This document shows, one piece after another, positions 1 through 9,196 of a stretch of 64,000 bases of DNA. A program made the position numbers and the translations under genes. The stretch's first letter is position 1; each line of letters starts with the position of its first letter. The stretch is from contig DATDQB010000001.1 in the NCBI GenBank assembly GCA_035292445.1, positions 7,530-71,529 of the forward strand, read 5' to 3'. Below the pieces are notes generated by a model. That model saw nothing but the letters and a program-made list of their open reading frames with translations. It made no database searches and was not told the DNA's origin. The stretch comes from Candidatus Omnitrophota bacterium (GTDB lineage: Bacteria; Omnitrophota; Gorgyraeia; Zapsychrales; Zapsychraceae).

Positions 1-1612
1 CGTAGATGCCCAAAGACGCGTCATAGCGCTGGTTAGCTCCCGCGCTGTCGGCGTCGTTGGCTGCATCCGTTCGCGTTGAAACAGCAAAGTGTCGTATCGT
101 TGGCGATTGGAAATCACCTCCCCGATAACCGGAACCAACAGTCCCGGTGATCCCGCGACTTGAGTCGCCTACATCTATGCCAGGCCAATCATTGTTGGTG
201 GCATTGCCTTCATACCCGGAGGCGGATGACAAATTTCCGTCCCCGTGCGTACCCAAAAACGCTCGGCCCTGGCTTCGCCCGAGCGTAACGAACATTTCCG
301 CCAGATTGCCTGAAAGTTCCATATTCCCGAAATAACCGCCGCCGCTGGATGAACGGTTATCCATGCTTTCGGCAAAAATGCCGACGCGCAACGGCCCCTT
401 TTGTCCGGCAGCTGGCCCGCCGGCGCGGCCGTCACCTGTGCTCCAGCTAAGCGCGTTTTTATTCAAGTTGGAGGAGCTGTCAAAAATCACCTCGGTCCCA
501 TCTTCATCGGTGTTAGGGGAAATTTCCCCGGCCAAGGCATCGTTATAAGTCGTTTTTCCCCATACGAATTCATCGGCCACGGGCTCAACGTCTTTGCCCC
601 GGGCGGCTTTCTCAAACTCTAATTCCGTGACCGGCCTTAAGCCCGCCCAGTCCGCATACGCGGCTGCATCCGGCCATGAAATATAAGTCACCGGCCTATC
701 CGGCCTTTGGGAAGTGGCATCGGATTTGGGATCGGAAGAATCCCAGCTGATCGTGTTGCGGTCTACCACACCATCGGAATTTTTGCCGCCTTGAGCGGAG
801 CTGGTGATATCCCGGGTTGTCCGTTGGGCTGTAGCCAAAGTATTAAAGAAACTGACCCACTGGCCTTCGGTCAGTTCGTATTTCATCAGATAAAAATCCT
901 CGTAACCTTTGGGGAAAGAGTTGGGAATGATAAAAATGGCGCCGTTACTGTTCTCATTGGTGGCGCCGGTGCTTTGGTAATAAAATCCGCCCGAGGCGCT
1001 GTTCGTTGTTGTTATGGCGTCCTCGCTTGGGATATACCAGGGATCCGTGTCAGCGCTTCCTTCAACGAAGCGGTAATCAGATGAGCTGTTGCCATCCCCT
1101 GCGTAAAAGCCGCCTTGCGCAACGTAGACCATCTCAACGCCGAACACTTTATTGATGGTGTTGGCAGCCAAGGCCTGCGCATCGCTTAAGCCGTCTTGAG
1201 CGTAATCCCAGGAAAATTGTACGTTTTCGACCGCAACCGAGCCGCTCCTTAGGTCCGTGCGTTGAAGGAGAAACCCTTTTTCATCATTGGGAACGATGAT
1301 CTCAAAATTGGCCGGGGCGCTGAAACCGATGGGGCCGGTGCCGCTATTGGCCATGCTGGCATGGCGCCACGTTTGCCCGGCATCGGTGGAATATTTCAAG
1401 AACACCCACAGCGCATCGTGATTGGTGGTGGTGCGCCAGCTGTTATCCCAAGAAACGTTGCAGGAAAACGTGATCGTATTGGCCGCTTCGTTAATGCTGG
1501 TGACCCCGAAATCTTCGATCGTTAAATTATTGGCTAAAGAGTTTTGTGCAAGAAAAGAAAGCGTTATCCCGAGTAGCAAAATAAAAAAGGCCTTTGTCCG
1601 TTTACAGACCAT
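1..1612 (-). CDS. Secreted FGE-sulfatase/SUMF1-fold (C-type lectin-like) protein, paralog 2; runs off the left edge
   Basis: Not in the ORF track. Manual translation from ATG at 1612 gives MVCKRTKAFFILLLGITLSFLAQNSLA-NNLTI...SWDNSWRTTTNHDALWVFLKY...VEMVYVAQGGFYAGD...GSGYRGG, colinear with the 1602..3179 protein; overlaps its stop codon. Confidence 0.85.
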   Translation of the reverse strand, partial: MVCKRTKAFFILLLGITLSFLAQNSLANNLTIEDFGVTSINEAANTITFSCNVSWDNSWRTTTNHDALWVFLKYSTDAGQTWRHASMANSGTGPIGFSAPANFEIIVPNDEKGFLLQRTDLRSGSVAVENVQFSWDYAQDGLSDAQALAANTINKVFGVEMVYVAQGGFYAGDGNSSSDYRFVEGSADTDPWYIPSEDAITTTNSASGGFYYQSTGATNENSNGAIFIIPNSFPKGYEDFYLMKYELTEGQWVSFFNTLATAQRTTRDITSSAQGGKNSDGVVDRNTISWDSSDPKSDATSQRPDRPVTYISWPDAAAYADWAGLRPVTELEFEKAARGKDVEPVADEFVWGKTTYNDALAGEISPNTDEDGTEVIFDSSSNLNKNALSWSTGDGRAGGPAAGQKGPLRVGIFAESMDNRSSSGGGYFGNMELSGNLAEMFVTLGRSQGRAFLGTHGDGNLSSASGYEGNATNNDWPGIDVGDSSRGITGTVGSGYRGGDFQSPTIRHFAVSTRTDAANDADSAGANQRYDASLGIY

Positions 1613-3179
1613 GCGTCCTCACTCCTCTTCCTCCACTATTGTTAAAAGCTGATGCTGATACGTTGGCGGCGTCATTGCGGTCAGAGATCCTTAAACGTAA
1701 CGAAGACTCATCCCAGCCGCCGCCGCGAAAACCGGAACCAGCGGCACCGGTCACCCCGCGCGATGGGACGCCATCAATGCCAGCCCAATCGGCATTGGTC
1801 GCATTGCCTTCAAAGCCGCTGTCCGCGGATAGAACGCCGTCGCCCTGGGCGGCCAGGAAACTCCGCCCCGATGCATTGCCGATAGTGGCCACCCGCTCGC
1901 GCAAATTACCCGATAACTCCATCACCCCGTAATAACTGGCACCGGCGCTTTCCCGGACCGATGAGCTGGTGGCAAAAATGCCGTTTCGTAAAGGGCCTTG
2001 GGTGTATTCACTGCCATTACCCGTATCACCGCCGCTTAGAGTGGTATTGTTGAGGGAAGCGTTGGCGCTTGAGGTTGTCACCGATTCTGCGCCGTCTTCG
2101 GCGCCGCTTGAAATTGCGGAAGCGGCGGTGATACCGGTTGTGGCCCAGACAAATTCTCCGGAAATTGGCAAAACAGGCCCTCTTGAAGCTTTTTCAAATT
2201 CCAACTCGCTCATCGGCCTTAGCGCGGCCCAATCCAGAAACGCCGCCAAATCCATCCAGGTGAGATAACTGACCGGCCTGTAGGGGCGGCTGGTGGAGCA
2301 GGTTAAAGGCGAGCCTGAACAGCTAATCGTGTTTCGCTTGATAACAAGGTCGGAATTCTTGTGGGATGCGTTGGTGAGGTCTCGGTTGGCGCGCGAGGCA
2401 CTCGGGAGGGAATTAAAGAATTCGACCCATTGCCCTTCGTTAAGCTCATACTTCATCATGTAGAACGATTCATAGCCCTTGGGAAAAGCCGCAGGGATGG
2501 TAAATACGGCACCGGTCGCGTCTTCACCTGCCTGGCCGGCCGAAACATAGCGATAACCGTTGGAGGCGGCGTTCGTGACACTGATAGCACCTTCCCCGGC
2601 CACATACCAAGGGTCGGCGTCACTTGAGCCTTGATCCAGCGATGCGCTGCTGCCGTCAAAGTCACCCGCATAAAAGAACCCTTCAGGGATAAAAACCATT
2701 TCCAGCCCGAAAACCGTGGCATAGGCGTTATCAGAGGGGCTGAACCCGCAGCTGCTGTAATCGACCGTTAATTGAACGTTGGTAGTTGCAACGGACGGCC
2801 TGACGCCGTAGTCGGCTTGCCTTAGAAATGCGCCTTTTTTGTCCGCAGGAACGTCGATCTCAAGGGCTGCATCTGAGCCTGCTGAAGTCCCGGATGGGTT
2901 GATCCCGCTGGTTGTTAGATCACAGAGCTTTTTATGGCTGGGGGTCGCGCCTGCATCATGCAGCCTGACCATGATCCAGATAGCATCATGGTTGACCTTT
3001 GATTTCCACGAATTTTCAAAGGAAACATCAAATTCAACAACGGCTGTATTATTGGTAGGATTGCGGGCTTCGAGGGAAATGTTATTGATAAGAAGATTAT
3101 TAGCAAAAACAGGAGAAGAAAAAATTATATTTATTAATATTATTACTAATAAATACAAAAAATACCTAAAAGGATACAT
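1602..3179 (-). CDS. Secreted FGE-sulfatase/SUMF1-fold protein, paralog 1
   Basis: Signal peptide (..VFA/NN), EMVFIPEGFFYAGD, FYMMKYEL, LRPMSELEFEKASRG, YGVMELSGNLRE, GFRGGGW, C-terminal GGRGVR; AAGGAG RBS. Confidence 0.85.
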   Translation of the reverse strand: MYPFRYFLYLLVIILINIIFSSPVFANNLLINNISLEARNPTNNTAVVEFDVSFENSWKSKVNHDAIWIMVRLHDAGATPSHKKLCDLTTSGINPSGTSAGSDAALEIDVPADKKGAFLRQADYGVRPSVATTNVQLTVDYSSCGFSPSDNAYATVFGLEMVFIPEGFFYAGDFDGSSASLDQGSSDADPWYVAGEGAISVTNAASNGYRYVSAGQAGEDATGAVFTIPAAFPKGYESFYMMKYELNEGQWVEFFNSLPSASRANRDLTNASHKNSDLVIKRNTISCSGSPLTCSTSRPYRPVSYLTWMDLAAFLDWAALRPMSELEFEKASRGPVLPISGEFVWATTGITAASAISSGAEDGAESVTTSSANASLNNTTLSGGDTGNGSEYTQGPLRNGIFATSSSVRESAGASYYGVMELSGNLRERVATIGNASGRSFLAAQGDGVLSADSGFEGNATNADWAGIDGVPSRGVTGAAGSGFRGGGWDESSLRLRISDRNDAANVSASAFNNSGGRGVRTHGL

Positions 3180-3193
3180 TATTCTCCTTACTA

Positions 3194-3231
3194 ATCTGCT
3201 TATATATAAAAATACTAATATTTAAGCAGAT
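3194..3231. repeat. 14-bp imperfect inverted repeat upstream of the FGE-fold operon (operator or hairpin)
   Basis: ATCTGCTTATATAT-N10-ATATTTAAGCAGAT, 1 mismatch, AT-rich intergenic. Confidence 0.5.
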
Positions 3232-3355
3232 AGCAACAATTGTAGACGCAGCTTAAGGGGTATCCACCCCTTGTCCAATTTTTTTAATTACAGATTACTG
3301 ATTTTGATTCAATACGGCGCCAACCGATTTTCTTCAAAATGGATTAAGGCCAAAA

Positions 3356-3868
3356 CTATTTCTTTTTCTTGGCCGAATCTTCTTCCAACGGCGAATCAAC
3401 CACCGCCCTTAACGCCAATTCCGCCTCACGGATCTTTCCTAAGACCAGATGAGCATCCGAGGCGTTGGGCTTCAAATACAGATACATTTTGTAATGTTTG
3501 ACAGCGGTCTTGAAATCACGAAGGTTCTCTCCGCTCACATAGGCAAGGTTATAATGGGCATCGGGATCATCCGGCATTAACGTCACGGCCTGATAAAATT
3601 CTCTTGAAGCTATTTCATACTTCCCTTTTTCGTAATAAATATTCCCCATGTTATAGTGCGCTTTGGCCGCGTCCGCTTTCAAGATTGGATCCTCCTCGGT
3701 AAAAGCGTCGATCTTGGCCAAAAGTTCCAGCGTTTTTGATTCGTAATCCGCGATGTCTTGGGACTCCGCGAACGATTGCGAAACTAAGACCCCCGCTAAA
3801 TAAGCGGCCGATAACACGAGCGTGCAACAAAGATCGGGCTGCGCAAGCTTACTCTTTATTTTATTCAT
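3356..3868 (-). CDS. Exported tetratricopeptide-repeat protein
   Basis: AKAHYNMGNIYYEKGKYEIA and DAHYNLAYV TPR motifs; hydrophobic N-terminus. Confidence 0.85.
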   Translation of the reverse strand: MNKIKSKLAQPDLCCTLVLSAAYLAGVLVSQSFAESQDIADYESKTLELLAKIDAFTEEDPILKADAAKAHYNMGNIYYEKGKYEIASREFYQAVTLMPDDPDAHYNLAYVSGENLRDFKTAVKHYKMYLYLKPNASDAHLVLGKIREAELALRAVVDSPLEEDSAKKKK

Positions 3869-3916
3869 GAACTTTCCTCAAAAAAATCAATGATTAGCGA
3901 ATATTTTAAAGAAAAA

Positions 3917-5515
3917 TTATTGATCGGTGCTGTACGATTTAAACGGTTTAATACCGCCTCTGATCATGGCATAGTCTTCATGCCCTGAAATGACATGTGG
4001 CGTGATCAAGATAACAATTTCTGTCTGCGTAAAACTATCCGCCTGGTGGCTGAACATTTTGCCCAGATACGGCAGGTCCATGAGGACCGGAATGCCTTTT
4101 TTGGTATGGACCTTATCATCCCGCTTTAAGCCTCCCATGACGATCGTATGGCCGTTTTTGACCATGACGGTCGTCTCCACCTCGGTCTTGTTGACCTGCG
4201 GGATGCCGCCGCCCTCAGACTCGATGCTGGCTACAACCGTCGATATTTCCGGGCGCAAGCGCATCGTCACATAGTCATCATCATTGATGACGGGGGTTAC
4301 ATTAAGCTTGAGTCCCACGTCAACAAAACGCACATCTTCGCTGGTGATGGCGTTATCCCCTGTCCCCGAAGTCGTTGAGATGATGTAGGGGACCGTATCC
4401 CCGATATGGATCTTGGCCTCTTCGTTATTGGTCACGAGGATCTGCGGGTTGGAAAGTATTTTCGTGTCGCTGACCTGTTTTAAAGCGCGGATGGTGGCCT
4501 CAAACACATCTTCATCAAAATTGCCGACGGCCACTTGCCCGAACTGCGAACCTAAATCCTCGGATGAACTGAGATTGGCCGCATCTAAAAAGACGTTACG
4601 GAAACTTAACTTTTGCAGCTCATCGCTGCTGCTGTCCCTGAAATCCAATTGCCAGTCAATGCCGACATCATACTGGGGCTTGAGGACGATCTGCAAGATG
4701 CGGGCATCCACCAGCACCTCTTTGGTCGGCGTGTCGATCTGGCGGATGATCTCTTCCACCTCTTTGCGCCGGTCGGGAAACGCCCGGACGATCAATTTGT
4801 TCGAACGGTTATCCGGGATGATCGAGCCGACGGACTTGGCGTCAATGCGGCTGCGCAATTTGTCGGCCACCACATCCGCGTCCGCGTATTGCAGCGTAAA
4901 AACGAACGTTTCAAGAGGCTTTTCGATCTCTTCAATGGCTATTTTCATCTTTTCGATAGCTTCAGGCGTGTCGATCATGACCACGGAACCGGTATCTTCA
5001 TCGATGATGATCTTGCCGACGTTGCTTTTGATGCTGTCCAAGGCCGCCAGCACGTAACTGGGCTTGGAATAGTTCAGGCGGACAATGCTGACCGTGGTCT
5101 TATCGCTGAATTTCTTGCCGAACAAAGCCTCATACTCGGCAGAGCTCATGACCTGAAGGATGTTCCCCTGCACTTTATAAGCCAAATTATTGGCAATGAT
5201 CACGATATCCAAAGAGTCTTTGATCGTAACGCTGTTCAGCAAGACCGTTGCCCGGCCGCTGACCGTTGGGCTGATAACAATGTTAAATTCCCCTTTAAGG
5301 GCGAGAAATTTGATGACATCAACGATGTTCATGTCGCGCACATCCAGGGTGATGGCTCTTTCCATTCTTTTGAAGATATCTTCTTCGGGCTCGGAAATGA
5401 CGATGGGTTTGGGTTTTTGGGCCAGCACGATGGGGGGCAACGCCAATAGGACCGAAGAAGAAAACGCTAACGCCATCAAAAATGCAATCCGTCTCTTATT
5501 GTGGAAGGGTGTCAT
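3917..5515 (-). CDS. Outer-membrane secretin (PilQ/GspD family)
   Basis: N0 domain ITLDVRDMNIVDVIK, N3-like repeats, secretin core ILSNPQILVTNNEEAKIHIGD, VGLKLNVTP, GIPVLMDLPYLGKMF, EIVILITPHVI. Confidence 0.93.
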   Translation of the reverse strand: MTPFHNKRRIAFLMALAFSSSVLLALPPIVLAQKPKPIVISEPEEDIFKRMERAITLDVRDMNIVDVIKFLALKGEFNIVISPTVSGRATVLLNSVTIKDSLDIVIIANNLAYKVQGNILQVMSSAEYEALFGKKFSDKTTVSIVRLNYSKPSYVLAALDSIKSNVGKIIIDEDTGSVVMIDTPEAIEKMKIAIEEIEKPLETFVFTLQYADADVVADKLRSRIDAKSVGSIIPDNRSNKLIVRAFPDRRKEVEEIIRQIDTPTKEVLVDARILQIVLKPQYDVGIDWQLDFRDSSSDELQKLSFRNVFLDAANLSSSEDLGSQFGQVAVGNFDEDVFEATIRALKQVSDTKILSNPQILVTNNEEAKIHIGDTVPYIISTTSGTGDNAITSEDVRFVDVGLKLNVTPVINDDDYVTMRLRPEISTVVASIESEGGGIPQVNKTEVETTVMVKNGHTIVMGGLKRDDKVHTKKGIPVLMDLPYLGKMFSHQADSFTQTEIVILITPHVISGHEDYAMIRGGIKPFKSYSTDQ

Positions 5516-6119
5516 AACGAATCATTATCTCCTCATTTTCATAGCCTAGCTCTACACTGTCGGCATATATGGTTTTTATATTGACCTCGCCCAGCTTATC
5601 GTTGGCCTGAAGAAAGTACGTAAGGTCTTGTTGGGTATCCTCGAGCATGACAGAGGCAGATTCGATGGAATCCATCCAGGAAACACCCACCAAGCGCAAA
5701 TGAGAGGTTTTATTGGCGATGGTTTTATTTTCATCGGAAACTTCCACCACGTTCTTGACTTTTTGCTCATACGGCTCAAAGAGGTTGCGTCGATTTAAAG
5801 GGGACGTGTAGAAAGACAACTTCTGGACTGTGGGGGCAAGCATGTCGCCTGCCTTGACTTGTCTGGTTGTGGGGGCATCAGGCAATTCTAGCTCCTGCGC
5901 TAACAAACCATTCCCCGCCTTGATCTCCTGAAATAGGAAAAAGCCGGCTGCGATCACGCCCAACAACAATAACCTATTAACGGTTTTTAATGCCGACAAA
6001 GAGCTTCTGCCCTTATCGGAAGGTTTTTTCTTCTTCGAGCGCAACCCTTCTTCGGCAGAAGAAGTCTCGATCATCTTCAATAATTTCTGTTCAGCTGTCT
6101 CCGAATGCTGTGAAGGCAT
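5496..6119 (-). CDS. Single-pass GspC/PilP/GspB-like secretin partner
   Basis: One TM, RNLFEPY, LRLVGVSW...VMLED...TYFLQANDKLG...IKTIYADSVEL beta-domain; overlaps secretin start. Confidence 0.6.
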   Translation of the reverse strand: MPSQHSETAEQKLLKMIETSSAEEGLRSKKKKPSDKGRSSLSALKTVNRLLLLGVIAAGFFLFQEIKAGNGLLAQELELPDAPTTRQVKAGDMLAPTVQKLSFYTSPLNRRNLFEPYEQKVKNVVEVSDENKTIANKTSHLRLVGVSWMDSIESASVMLEDTQQDLTYFLQANDKLGEVNIKTIYADSVELGYENEEIMIRYDTLPQ

Positions 6120-6173
6120 ATATTATAATTTAATAATGTTTAATAATGACTTCAAGCTAAATGTTAATTATTT

Positions 6174-7082
6174 TCACATTGAGCTTACGGTTTCGAGGCT
6201 TTCCTGGTTTGCCGACGAGAGCCATTGCTGTTCTTTAACAAGAACGTCCCGCACAAGCGGCGCATCAACGATATCTTGGTCCCGCATGACCAATTCCTTG
6301 AGGATCTTATGGCAAAGCATATTGATTTTCCTTGGATAGCCTTTGGTGTATGTATAAATTTCACTGATGGCATCATCCAAGAACAGCCTTTTCTCCCCCT
6401 TATACCCCGCTTTGTTGATGCGAAAGTGGATCATCTCGCTGGTTTCATTGACATCAAGCGGGTTCAACGTATATTTGAAGCTGATACGGTCCAAAAAGTT
6501 ATGCATATGGACAACTTTGGCATACAATTCCAGCTGGCCCAACAAAACCAACTGGATCAATTTGGCGTCATTGGTCTCGAAATTGAGCAAGATACGCAAA
6601 GCCTCCAACGTGGTCAGATCCAGCTTCTGCGCCTCATCAATGATAAGGACGATGGTCCTGTTTTCCTCAAGCGTTTTCTGGATAAGGAACTTCTCAACCG
6701 TGTCCCGAAGGTCCATGATATCGGCATGCTTAAGATCAACGTCCTTGGGCAGGTTGATATCGAAATTCCGGACCAAAGAAGAAAGGAACTGCACCTCGCC
6801 GCTGAAGGCCGGGTTGAGGATCATGTGGAAGATCATATCGCCGCGCTTATTCAATTCATGCAGCAGTTTGCGCGAAAGGGTCGTTTTGCCCGTCCCGACG
6901 TCGCCGAAGATGACCGAAAGCCCCCGGCGCAGGCGAAGCTCGATCAAAAGATTGGTCAACGCTGTTTCATGCTGGCGGGTGTTATAAAAAAATTCAGGGT
7001 CCGGGCTCGTTGCGAACGGTTCTTGGTTGAACCCGAGAACGGAATAATAACCGATTTTTTGGGGGGCTGTAGCCATGTTCAA
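6174..7082 (-). CDS. ExeA/GspA-family AAA ATPase
   Basis: GFNQEPFATSPDPEFFY, Walker A GDVGTGKT, Walker B LIIDEAQ, LVLLGQLEL, GYPRKINMLC. Confidence 0.9.
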   Translation of the reverse strand: MNMATAPQKIGYYSVLGFNQEPFATSPDPEFFYNTRQHETALTNLLIELRLRRGLSVIFGDVGTGKTTLSRKLLHELNKRGDMIFHMILNPAFSGEVQFLSSLVRNFDINLPKDVDLKHADIMDLRDTVEKFLIQKTLEENRTIVLIIDEAQKLDLTTLEALRILLNFETNDAKLIQLVLLGQLELYAKVVHMHNFLDRISFKYTLNPLDVNETSEMIHFRINKAGYKGEKRLFLDDAISEIYTYTKGYPRKINMLCHKILKELVMRDQDIVDAPLVRDVLVKEQQWLSSANQESLETVSSM

Positions 7083-7137
7083 TGGAAACGTAACCTTAAG
7101 TAACAGTGAAAGTTACATTCCTTAATGTATTGTTTTC

Positions 7138-7165
7138 ATTCTAACACAGCAACGGAAGGCAACAA
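7138..7165 (-). promoter_or_regulatory. Putative sigma70 promoter (extended -10) for the ExeA-secretin operon
   Basis: Minus strand TTGTTG-N16-TAGAAT with TG extension. Confidence 0.4.
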
Positions 7166-7172
7166 GGGTTAT

Positions 7173-8159
7173 TTAAGATTTTTTCAGTATAAATCTGGAA
7201 ATAAGGCGCCCTATTCCCGACGAGAAACCCAACGCGCGGCTAAAGGATCTGAAAAACATCACAAAAGAGAAGAAAATCACTTCAAAAAAATTCTTTTGCA
7301 TAAAAACAGCGTACACACATTCCAAAATGAATAAAAATAAGACGGCACCCAAAGCCACGGGGCCCAAAAAAGGCCAATAAAATGAACCTATCCCCGTCAA
7401 AACAAAGAGACAAACCAAAAACACCTCCAGCATGTCCTTCCAAAACGTATAATCATCCCCCGAAAGCATGTGGGGATGGTCCTGGTACATCTTAACCCGC
7501 CAAAATCCATGCCGAAACTGCTCCTTAAGATACTTAAACACTTCGCTGGTGTGATGATGGTCCACCAAGGCCTGCGGCTCAAAATAGATCTTATGACCGG
7601 CTTTAAGGATCTTATAACTTAGATCGTTGTCTTCCCCGCTCGCCTGCCGGTAGCGCGCATTAAACCCTCCAACATTTTCAAAAACGTTTTTTCTGACGGC
7701 GCAATTATAGCTCCCCAAAATTTTCGGGTACGCCGGCATGAGCCGATGGTGACGAAAAATAATTTCCTGATGGATGCATCGGGCTAAGATGTTCTCGGGA
7801 TTGGCGATCCCATAACTTCCCGCAACAGCGCCGACATCGCCCTTTTCAAAATGAATGACAACTTTATCAAGCCAGTCGGCATGGGGAATACAATCCGAGT
7901 CGGTGAAGAAAATAATGTCGCCTTTGGCAAGCCGGGCACCTGCATTCCTTGCCGAAGCCGGCCCCGCGTTTTCCTGGCGCAGATAAGAGATCTGCGGATA
8001 CTTGGCGATCACTTCGTATGTTTTATCCGTTGAGCCGTCATCGACAACAATAACTTCAAAACCTTTGCACGTTTGGCGAAGGCACCCTTCAACGGCCTGG
8101 GCGATCGTTTTTTCGCAGTTATAAGCGGGGATGATGATACTAACGAATGGCAATTTCAT
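7173..8159 (-). CDS. Glycosyltransferase family 2 with C-terminal TM helices
   Basis: VSIIIPAYN, VVDDGSTD, GPASARNAG, FTDSDC, GEDNDL. Confidence 0.9.
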   Translation of the reverse strand: MKLPFVSIIIPAYNCEKTIAQAVEGCLRQTCKGFEVIVVDDGSTDKTYEVIAKYPQISYLRQENAGPASARNAGARLAKGDIIFFTDSDCIPHADWLDKVVIHFEKGDVGAVAGSYGIANPENILARCIHQEIIFRHHRLMPAYPKILGSYNCAVRKNVFENVGGFNARYRQASGEDNDLSYKILKAGHKIYFEPQALVDHHHTSEVFKYLKEQFRHGFWRVKMYQDHPHMLSGDDYTFWKDMLEVFLVCLFVLTGIGSFYWPFLGPVALGAVLFLFILECVYAVFMQKNFFEVIFFSFVMFFRSFSRALGFSSGIGRLISRFILKKS

Positions 8160-8820
8160 TCTTTTTGGTGATTACGTAAAGTAACATGCCGAAGGTGGCG
8201 CCGAAAAGTAAATCGCCCGAAAAGCGCAGCGGGAGCGTGTTGATCCCTCCCTGGGCCAGGATGGTCAATGCATTACGTTCGTGTAAGTTTCTTAGTTCTT
8301 TTAACGTGAACGGCTTTTCCTGGATGCCGGGCATCCACAAAGGGCGGATAAGCTCCCATGGCGACCAGCGGTTGGGGACAACAGTAATGAGTACGCCCTC
8401 CTCTTTCAGCAAGCGCTTAAGATTGAGCAAAATAAGGTTCTGGTCATCCGGTTCAAAATGTTCCAGCAAGCCATCAGAAAAAATGAGATCGAAGCGTTCC
8501 TGGATCACATTGGTCAGATCGGGATTAAGCAGATCGGCCTGAATGACCTGGGAACGCCCTCTTGTTTTTTCTTTGGTTAACGCCAGTGCCTGGGAAGAAT
8601 AATCCAAAGACGTTGTGCGCATGCCGCTGTCACAGAAATAGGCGGAGAAAAAACCGCTGCCGCAGCCGGCATCAAGCGCGTATTTCCCTCGGGCCACGTA
8701 AGGCTGCATCACGTCCAGTATCCGTCGTTTGGACCAACTGGCCTCTTTGGGGATTCTTAGGGAGGATTGTTCCCAGAACGTATTCCAGTCGCCGGCCGCC
8801 GGCAATGCCGTTTTATTCAT
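8140..8820 (-). CDS. Class I SAM-dependent methyltransferase
   Basis: ALDAGCGSG motif I, FDLIFSDGLLEHF. Confidence 0.88.
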   Translation of the reverse strand: MNKTALPAAGDWNTFWEQSSLRIPKEASWSKRRILDVMQPYVARGKYALDAGCGSGFFSAYFCDSGMRTTSLDYSSQALALTKEKTRGRSQVIQADLLNPDLTNVIQERFDLIFSDGLLEHFEPDDQNLILLNLKRLLKEEGVLITVVPNRWSPWELIRPLWMPGIQEKPFTLKELRNLHERNALTILAQGGINTLPLRFSGDLLFGATFGMLLYVITKKNEIAIR

Positions 8821-9196
8821 CTTTGGGGGAGGGTGGATCTTTTTTTCCGTCCGATTTTTTCTTTAACTGCTCGATCTCAAATTCCAGTATCCCCAATTTC
8901 TGGGCTATCCTGTCATTATGGCTGTTCTGCTGGCAAAGAAAGACCGTCATCATTAAGATCATGAACACGAAGGCGCTCAGGAAAATGAACAGGACAAAGT
9001 CACTGGTCAGCTCAAAGCCCAACAAGCGGGCCGCTTTGAACAAGACCTCATCAAATAGCGTGAAAATAATGGCCAGTGATGAAACAAAGATCCATCCGAA
9101 AGCGTACTTGAACGTGAATTTCTCTTCCCTTATTAATTCAATGACGAACAGGATGATGATGGCCGACAAAATAAGAACAAGATATTTTTCCATCAA
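8813..9196 (-). CDS. DUF2304 family membrane protein
   Basis: 3 TM helices, C-terminal RIAQKLGILE; lies directly after a GT2 gene as is typical. Confidence 0.75.
   Translation of the reverse strand: MMEKYLVLILSAIIILFVIELIREEKFTFKYAFGWIFVSSLAIIFTLFDEVLFKAARLLGFELTSDFVLFIFLSAFVFMILMMTVFLCQQNSHNDRIAQKLGILEFEIEQLKKKSDGKKDPPSPKDE

Noticed and set aside
1-3355. Diversity-generating retroelement acting on the FGE-fold genes
   Set aside because: No reverse transcriptase, Avd or near-identical template repeat differing at adenines is visible in the window; the paralogs differ throughout
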